Assembly: GCF_006345805.1 (NCBI RefSeq)
Contig: NW_021836018.1
Location: forward strand, 1 to 27,044
DNA: 27,044 nucleotides
Source of the DNA: Octopus sinensis
Taxonomy: Eukaryota
Reading direction: 5' to 3'
Shown here: piece after piece, positions 20,108 through 27,044 of the stretch
Numbering within the stretch: position 1 is the first letter of the stretch
Layout: the number at the start of each line of letters is the position of its first letter
Notes under the pieces: generated by a model
The model's input: the letters and a program-made list of their open reading frames with translations, nothing else
Databases searched by the model: none
What the model was told of the DNA's origin: nothing
Made by a program: the position numbers and the translations under genes

Positions 20108-20931
20108 TTTATAAATAAAGCTTTTAAGAAATCATGGCGCGCGGTGGGGTTTGATACTTTTAGCATCTTAATCATTATAATGTCGATTGAGAGAGGTTTA
20201 AGAATCGCTGTTTTAGTGCAATAACTAAATATGGGGAGCTGTTGCTAGACTAATTTGTGTCGTTAGATGCTTCCCTACTGCCTTCTGCAATACCGTTGAC
20301 AACTTCTAACAGAGAAGTATTGCTAGATCAATTTCTGTGATTACATGCTTCCATACTGCATCCGGCTTTATCATTGACAATTTGTAATAGTATTTGGTGT
20401 TCTTCCAACTCTCGTCAAAAATGATCTGTTGTTTTTAAAACAGTTTTGAGAATCTAGAAAAATAAAATAGCAAAAAAAAAAAAAAATCACTTCAAACTGA
20501 AATTGCAAGTAATTTTAAAATTCTCTGTCGGATTGGTTCTATACAGAAATATACGAGTGTTGAATAATGGCGATGACGGTGGAAATGAAGTCGGCGATTT
20601 GTTTGCATTTTATCTCTCTCTGTCTTTTTTTTTTCTGGCAGCTTTTGACAAGATATGGGGGAGTATGGGTGGTTGTGCTGGTGGTTGTAGTGGTGGAGGT
20701 GATGGGGCGGCTTACAGAAAATCAATTGACATTACAGGAATTGGAATAATAATTATAAATCTGCGTCAGCCATTTTGCAAATAAAGAAAGATGTCGGTTA
20801 CTGAAGTTATTTTGAAGCAGCGAAGTGGAAGTCGTTTAAATTTAGGTGAGATTTCGTCCCATTAATATTTAACTCCTTTCATGGAATCTTGTGATTCTTA
20901 AGGGAGGGGACAATAGGGGTGGGGAGATTTT

Positions 20932-21104
20932 AATCCTTTGGATAGTTTCAGTTATTAGATCGCAGCCATGCTGGCGTTGAAGGGTTTGGTCGAACAAATC
21001 TCACCTCGTACTCCATTACTTACTTATTTTTCAAAGCCTGGTTACTCATTCTTTCGCCGAACCGCTAAGTTGTAGGGACATAAACAAAAAAAAAACACAC
21101 ATAC

Positions 21105-21110
<6 letters not shown>
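20932..21110 (-). mobile_element. SINE family B 3' half
   Basis: GTTTCAGTTATTAGATCGCAGCCATGCTGG...GCCGAACCGCTAAGTTGTAGGGAC. Confidence 0.8.
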
Positions 21111-21590
<480 letters not shown>

Positions 21591-21839
21591 ACAGAGTCAG
21601 ATGAATATGGTACTTAAGTAGTTGAGTCACCAGAATTTAGTATGGTATTATCCATACAATTTCAAAATAAAGTGATTAAAATTAAAATAAGCAACGAGGA
21701 TATCCAGAGGTAATGCAGTACGATCGTTTCATGCAACTCCATTTAATTGAACAATGCAATCATTTCATTACATCAATTTAAAATGTAGAGCAAAGACATA
21801 GAATTTAATTAAATTAGAAGGACACATTATTATATATAG

Positions 21840-22038
21840 TGACTGCGTGTGTATCGTTGGCGATTTTCTTTCTCCGTCTTCCCTTCCTTGGACCTTTCCT
21901 TTTTCTATGTTTCTGACGATGAGCTACGCTCGAAACGTTAAATCCTTCTTTCTTTCCTTTCCTGAGCATCCAATAACACTATACTTGTTCCACATCCTCG
22001 CGTTGTTGTGTTTTCTCTTTGTTCATGTTTGTATTAAC
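21840..22038 (+). mobile_element. Probable Penelope-like element pseudo-LTR fragment
   Basis: Pyrimidine-rich segment containing a minimal hammerhead motif of the kind found in PLE pLTRs. No RT or GIY-YIG ORF is present. Confidence 0.55.
21909..21943 (+). ncRNA. Minimal type I hammerhead ribozyme motif
   Basis: GTTT-CTGACGA-T-GAG(CTACG)CTC-GAA-ACGT-T-AAAT. Core CUGANGA and GAAA intact, 3-bp stem II, palindromic ACGU stem III, stem I GUUU/AAAU; predicted cleavage after GUU at 21939. Confidence 0.7.
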
Positions 22039-22100
22039 TATACATACATTCATACATACATACGTAAATACATACATACATACATACATATATACATACA

Positions 22101-22362
22101 TACAAGTTCAGGTGTGCTCTTGTAATTATCGGGGCCCTGGGATATGTAACACACTGCCTAAACACCAATCTTGAGAAATTAGGATTCTCAAAACCAGAAA
22201 GAAGAAAGCTAATTCGAAGACTACAGATCCAATTCATCAAAGGAACTGTACAAATCTGTAAAACTTTCCAGAAGTTTATCATTTAAATATATATGAGCAT
22301 GTCTAGACATGCAACTATATGCATGAAAAGACATACATAAAACATACAAATTTGCACATACA
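22101..22362 (+). mobile_element. 5'-truncated RLE-type (R4/Dong-like) LINE 3' end within (CATA)n
   Basis: Open frame 22101-22286 YKFRCALVIIGALGYVTHCLNTNLEKLGFSKPERRKLIRRLQIQFIKGTVQICKTFQKFII* carries the post-endonuclease (P)VIIGALG motif of RLE LINEs. A short 3' UTR follows, and (CATA)n lies on both sides. Confidence 0.75.
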
Positions 22363-22397
22363 TACATGCATGCATACATATATACATACATGCATAT

Positions 22398-22428
<31 letters not shown>

Positions 22429-22490
22429 CGTACATACATGCATGCATACATATATACATACATGCATATATACATACATGCATACATACA

Positions 22491-22524
<34 letters not shown>

Positions 22525-22640
22525 CGTACATACATGCATGCATATACAAGATATAAACATCTGTTTATACATACACACACACATATTTATGTATGTATAT
22601 GTATGTATGTATATGTATTATGTATGTATGTATGTGTGTT
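22358..22640. repeat. (CATA)n/(TATG)n microsatellite
   Basis: Direct inspection. Confidence 0.95.
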
Positions 22641-22744
22641 TATAAGTACATATGTATGTTTATTCATAGACAATGCCAAACGCATTGTGTGTGGTAAATG
22701 TTAGAGAACAGAAGCGAAAAAAAACGAAAGGTAATTTACAGCGA

Positions 22745-23030
22745 GTAGGGGAGGGAGAAAGGGCGAGAGAGAGAGAGAGAGTGACAGAGGGTAGAGAGAG
22801 AGAGAAGGAGAGAGAGAGAGAGAGAGAGAAAGTAAAAAAGGATGAGAGAAAAAGCGTGAGAACGAGAAGATAATGAAGAGGGGAAAGTGAAAAAAGATGG
22901 GGAAGGAAATTGGATGACACGGGATGAGATCTGGAAGGAGAGTATTTAATAAATGGTGGCGGAGGCGGGAGAAAAGGAGTTGTAGGACGTCAGATGGAAG
23001 GAGAGGAGGAGGAGGAGGAGGAGGAGGAGA
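22745..23030. repeat. Polypurine tract with (GA)n and (GGA)n
   Basis: Direct inspection. Confidence 0.85.
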
Positions 23031-23114
23031 AGGGTGCGGAGTAAGATAACCAAAGTCTTAGTCAGAAGCACAAGATAAGCCTGACATATAGAAATGAGAA
23101 ATATCATTGCTTTT

Positions 23115-23379
23115 TATACATACATACAAACACACATATGTATATAGATTTATATATAAATACATACAAACACACATGCATACATATATGTATATATATA
23201 TATGTGTACATATATGCACACATGCATACATATATGTATATATATATATGTGTACATATATGCACACAAACACACATATGTATATATATATATATGTATA
23301 TATATATGTATATATATATACATAAATACATATATATAACATATATATATATATGTACATATATAACATATATAATATT

Positions 23380-23431
<52 letters not shown>

Positions 23432-24054
23432 ATATATATATGTATATCCATATGTAAACCCATATACGTACATGTATATATATATGTGCGTGTGTGTATT
23501 TGTACATATGTGTACTTAGGTATGCTTGAATAATGTTTGTGTGTATGTATGTATATGTATATATATATATGTATATATGTCTGTATATATATACGTATAT
23601 ATATATATATGCACAACACATACACACACACATATATACATATACATATATATATATACACACACATACATACATATATATATTTATTTATATATACATG
23701 CAAATATATATATACATACTTATATATATATACACACACATATATAGTGTGTGTTCGTACATATGTGTAATTTGTATGCGTGTAACATATATATATTTGC
23801 ATACATATGTATAATTAATAATAACATACATATATATACGTACATACATACATACACACATATGTATGTGTGTATGTATGTATGTATATGATAGTTTTGT
23901 GAAATACGTACCTACGCACACCTTACTGCGTATATGTAAATCTGTGTATATATTGTATACTCATATGTTGCACATACTTTTGTATTTATACGCATTTGTT
24001 TGTGTGGGGGTGTATACATATGGTATACGTGTGAGTATATGTACGCTCGTGTTC

Positions 24055-24134
<80 letters not shown>

Positions 24135-24160
24135 GTATATATATATATGTACACAAACTA
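23115..24160. repeat. ~1-kb compound (TA)/(CA)/(TG)/(CATA) low-complexity block
   Basis: Direct inspection; source of all the YI/HT/CV ORFs here. Confidence 0.95.
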
Positions 24161-24310
24161 ACATTTTTTTTTTATAAGCGCCGAAATGTGTATATAAAAA
24201 TACAAATAAGCTGATAATTTATTTTCGAACGCAGAGATGCCGTAAGGACTGTAGAAATATTTGGTAAATTACCCTTACAAAGCGAAAATATTTGTCAGCG
24301 AATATATACA

Positions 24311-24529
24311 CGAAGGTACTGCAAAGTTCATGGGTTTAAAGGTGTCACGAAAGGCTTGGTTGAAGGCCTAATCTCCCCACTTCTTTTACAGGGCTTAGAA
24401 AAACTGAAGGACCGCTGCAGTAAGTGTGTGAATCTGAGAGGGGAATATGTTGAATAAAGGTATAATTAACGAACCGATCCTCCGGTATTTTGTTTTACCC
24501 AAAGCCAGAAATTTTTCAGCATCTCGTCG
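24311..24529 (+). mobile_element. Mariner-derived MITE, copy 3
   Basis: Degenerate TIRs; the interior translates GLEKLKDRCSKCVNLRGEYVE*. Confidence 0.85.
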
Positions 24530-24689
24530 TGTGTGTGTGTGTGTATGTGTGTATACGAGCAAAAGGCCCCCGTCCAATGGACGGTGCTGAGTTGTCAAAC
24601 ATTTAAACCAAACTTTCCCCTGGGCCTCCCCTTTGAGAAACACTGATTTAACCTAAATTTGAGATACCAGCAAAAGAAGAAATAACGCA

Positions 24690-24906
24690 ATAGCTGATGT
24701 ACTTGCGCGTACAAATGCACGTTCCCACGGCTTTATCGATCGCATTCTCACCTGGAATCGATTTCTGTAATTTTTTCAAGACTTATACACGCCCTGATAC
24801 CGTCGGTATCTCCATATCAAATTTGAGCGCAATCAGATGGAGGATGCCCGAGATCCTAGAAGACACACACACACACACACAAACAGAACGGATTTTATAT
24901 AATAGA
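24690..24906 (-). mobile_element. Small non-autonomous Helitron-like element (~217 bp)
   Basis: Minus strand: A|TCTATTATATAAAATCC...(GT)n, hairpin TGTAC-GCGCAA-GTACA (24698-24713), ending CTAT|T (a CTAG variant). Same layout as 19548-20107. Confidence 0.55.
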
Positions 24907-25296
24907 TTCACACACACACATAGACATGTTTATAAATGTATCACGTAAGTAAATATTTATATTGATCGATATCTAATTGACCTTGATTACCGAAGATGTT
25001 TTAGGATTTTTTTTTGGAATATATTGAGTTGAGAAATGGAAATAATGAATAAAAGGTTAAACTAATGTTCCATTTTTAAAATTTAAATCTTCGTTTTTTT
25101 TATATGTCGTATATGTTTACAATATAGTTGTTAGCTTTACATCTTCTGCACTAAATATATATATATATATATACTATATGTATTTACGGTTATGTGAAGT
25201 CTGACAAGTTTTATTTTACATAACAGCTAATCGTTTATAAAACATTTTAATGTTTACGCTCTTGTACAATTCTGCAACGCGTAATCATTGATGTCA

Positions 25297-25470
25297 ATGT
25301 CTGATCGTAAAGAGCATCTCGTTCCGGCTTCCAGTGACGGCATCTCAGTTGACGATGACGAAATCGAGGTAGACGACAGCGTAATCGAGGCTGAAGATAA
25401 CGAAATTTAGGCGGGCGATTATGAATTTGACGTTGACGCCGACGAAGTGGATGACGACATTAGATGTGGA
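25297..25470 (+). pseudogene. Acidic coding-like fragment of unknown origin with 21-bp periodicity, interrupted by one TAG
   Basis: MSDRKEHLVPASSDGISVDDDEIEVDDSVIEAEDNEI*AGDYEFDVDADEVDDDIRCG; a GC-richer island within AT-rich flanks. Confidence 0.35.
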
Positions 25471-25561
25471 AGCTATATATATATAGCTTCCATAAATATA
25501 TAAATAATAAGGGTGGCTTGTTAGCACACTCAGTCGCTTTAGTAACTTATATATATAATAC

Positions 25562-25878
25562 AAAATGGGACAAGAACGCAAAACATCCAGGTAGACGATA
25601 CAAAGAAAACAAGGACGGGTCATTCGAAGTTTTTTCTTTCCTCAGTCAAGTACCAGATTATCGTCGCAATTTCGGCTGATTATACTTGAGATTGCTCCAA
25701 TCTGGCCAGCCCCAAAGAAAAACTAAGCTAAGAGCATTAGATTCATTGGAAGAAAGCAGCGAATGTATACAAAAACAAGGACCGAAAAAAAACGGACAAT
25801 GTTACACAAATACAAATACAATAAAAATAATAACAGGACATAACAGGTGTCTTTCGACTAAGAACGTATTGAATTAAG
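25562..25878. mobile_element. Dispersed ~330-bp repeat, copy 2
   Basis: Same orientation as, and homologous to, 8411-8760. Confidence 0.7.
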
Positions 25879-25959
25879 CTGGCGAGTGTGGAAATGAAGC
25901 CTTACGGCAGTTATACATATATATATAGAGGTGCTATATTGGTGCTAAGTGGGAATGCA

Positions 25960-26190
25960 ATGGTGGTGGTGGTAGTGTTGTTGTTGTTAGTGGTGGTGGT
26001 TAAGTGGTGTTGGTGTAGTGGGAGTGGTGGCGGTAGTTGTAGTGTTGGTGCTTTTTGTTGCTGTTGGTGATTGTGGTAGTGATGGTGTAGTGGTGGTTGC
26101 GATAGTAGTGGTGGTGGTGAGGATGGTGGTAGTAGTGGTGGTGGTGATGATGGTGGTAGTAGTGGCGATGGTGATGGTAGTGGTGGTGGC
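25960..26190. repeat. (GTG/GTA/GTT)n trinucleotide low-complexity tract
   Basis: Direct inspection. Confidence 0.93.
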
Positions 26191-26241
26191 AGTCTACTTT
26201 GTTTTCTTGATTTCTGATTTATCTGTTAACTTTTGTTTCCA

Positions 26242-26490
26242 TCTTTCACTTTCTTTCAGACGTCAGTTAAACTGCGGCTATGCTGGGGCACCACCTTGAA
26301 GGGTTTTCGTTGACCGAATCGACGCCCATTACTTCATTTTGATTTTCTAAGTCTGGTACTTATTTTGTTGATGTCTATCTTTTTACCGAACTGCTAAGTT
26401 AAGACACGTGGACGCAAACAAACCAGCACCGGTTGTCAAGCGGTGGCGGGTGAGCGACAGAGACACAGATATTTACACACACACACACAA
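26242..26490 (-). mobile_element. SINE family B 3' half
   Basis: ACTGCGGCTATGCTGGGGCACCACCTTGAAGG...CCGGTTGTCAAGCGGTGG. Confidence 0.8.
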
Positions 26491-26727
26491 ATTCATATAA
26501 ATAGCCATACGCAATGTGTTACCAAAAAGGAAAACTATAATCGTCATTAAATGAAAATAAGGCTGTAAGAACACATACGTTGCTAGAAATAAGAGCTAAA
26601 ATGCCCTCATGCTATAATTCAAGCACGTAATTGTATATTCTGAGAAGGACTGTAACCGCTCGATCGGTGTTTTGGACGATTACATTCTGTCTTAGCATAT
26701 ATGTATACAATTATGTGCTTTAATTAT

Positions 26728-27044
26728 GAAGGCGCATGGCTCAGTGGTTAGAGAGTCGGGTTAGTCAGTTCGATTCCAGGACCGGGCTGTGTGCTGTGTT
26801 CTTGAGCAAGACACTTTATTTCATGTTGCTCCAGTTCACTGAGCTGTAGTAATGAGTTGCGGCGTCACTGGTGCCAGGCCGTATCGGTCTTTTCCTTTCC
26901 CTTGGATAACATCGGTCGTGTGGAGAGTGGGAGGCTGGTATGCATGGGCGACTGTTGGTCTTTCATAAACAACCTTGCCCGGACTCGTGCCTCGGTCGGG
27001 AACTCTCCAGGTGTAATCATTCATGACCGAAGGGGGTCTTCACC
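26728..27044 (+). mobile_element. tRNA-derived CORE-type SINE family D (runs to the window edge)
   Basis: GGCGCATGGCTCAGTGGTTAGAG (A-box), AGTTCGATTCC (B-box), CORE-like GTGTTCTTGAGCAAGACACTT...CCAGTTCACTGAGCTGTA. Confidence 0.8.

Noticed and set aside
19071-20390. 31-bp and 78-bp repeats as CRISPR-like arrays
   Set aside because: Only two adjacent units each, with no spacers, no cas genes and a eukaryotic context.
25391-25405. CTGAAGA-TAAC-GAAA hammerhead core
   Set aside because: No stem II is possible in 4 nt; it arises by chance from Glu/Asp/Asn codons.

Overview
Repeat-dense, AT-rich eukaryotic non-coding DNA, most consistent with an Octopus (coleoid cephalopod) intronic or intergenic region. 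This assignment comes from recognising the tRNA-derived SINE families and microsatellite style from memory, not from a database search. I find no intact host gene, rRNA/tRNA gene, CRISPR array or prokaryotic system. Nearly all ORFs in the supplied track are translations of microsatellites or SINEs. The window holds about 20 tRNA-SINE pieces of at least four families, four LINE remnants (gag-like ORF1, R4/Dong-like ORF, RTE 3' end, RLE-type 3' end), a mariner transposase remnant with three derived MITEs, another TIR MITE, a foldback, three rolling-circle (Helitron/Helentron-like) non-autonomous elements, Penelope-like fragments and a ~1.13-kb tandem duplication. Best leads: (1) a canonical-core minimal hammerhead ribozyme at 21909-21943 in a probable Penelope-like pseudo-LTR; (2) two elements embedded in microsatellites, a 558-bp non-coding element in (AAT)n and an RLE-LINE end in (CATA)n, suggesting microsatellite-targeted retrotransposition; (3) rolling-circle elements carrying captured or filler DNA; (4) a 173-nt near-perfect foldback and an inverted SINE pair, both candidate dsRNA/ADAR substrates. 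Coordinates of degenerate elements are approximate to about +/-20 bp.
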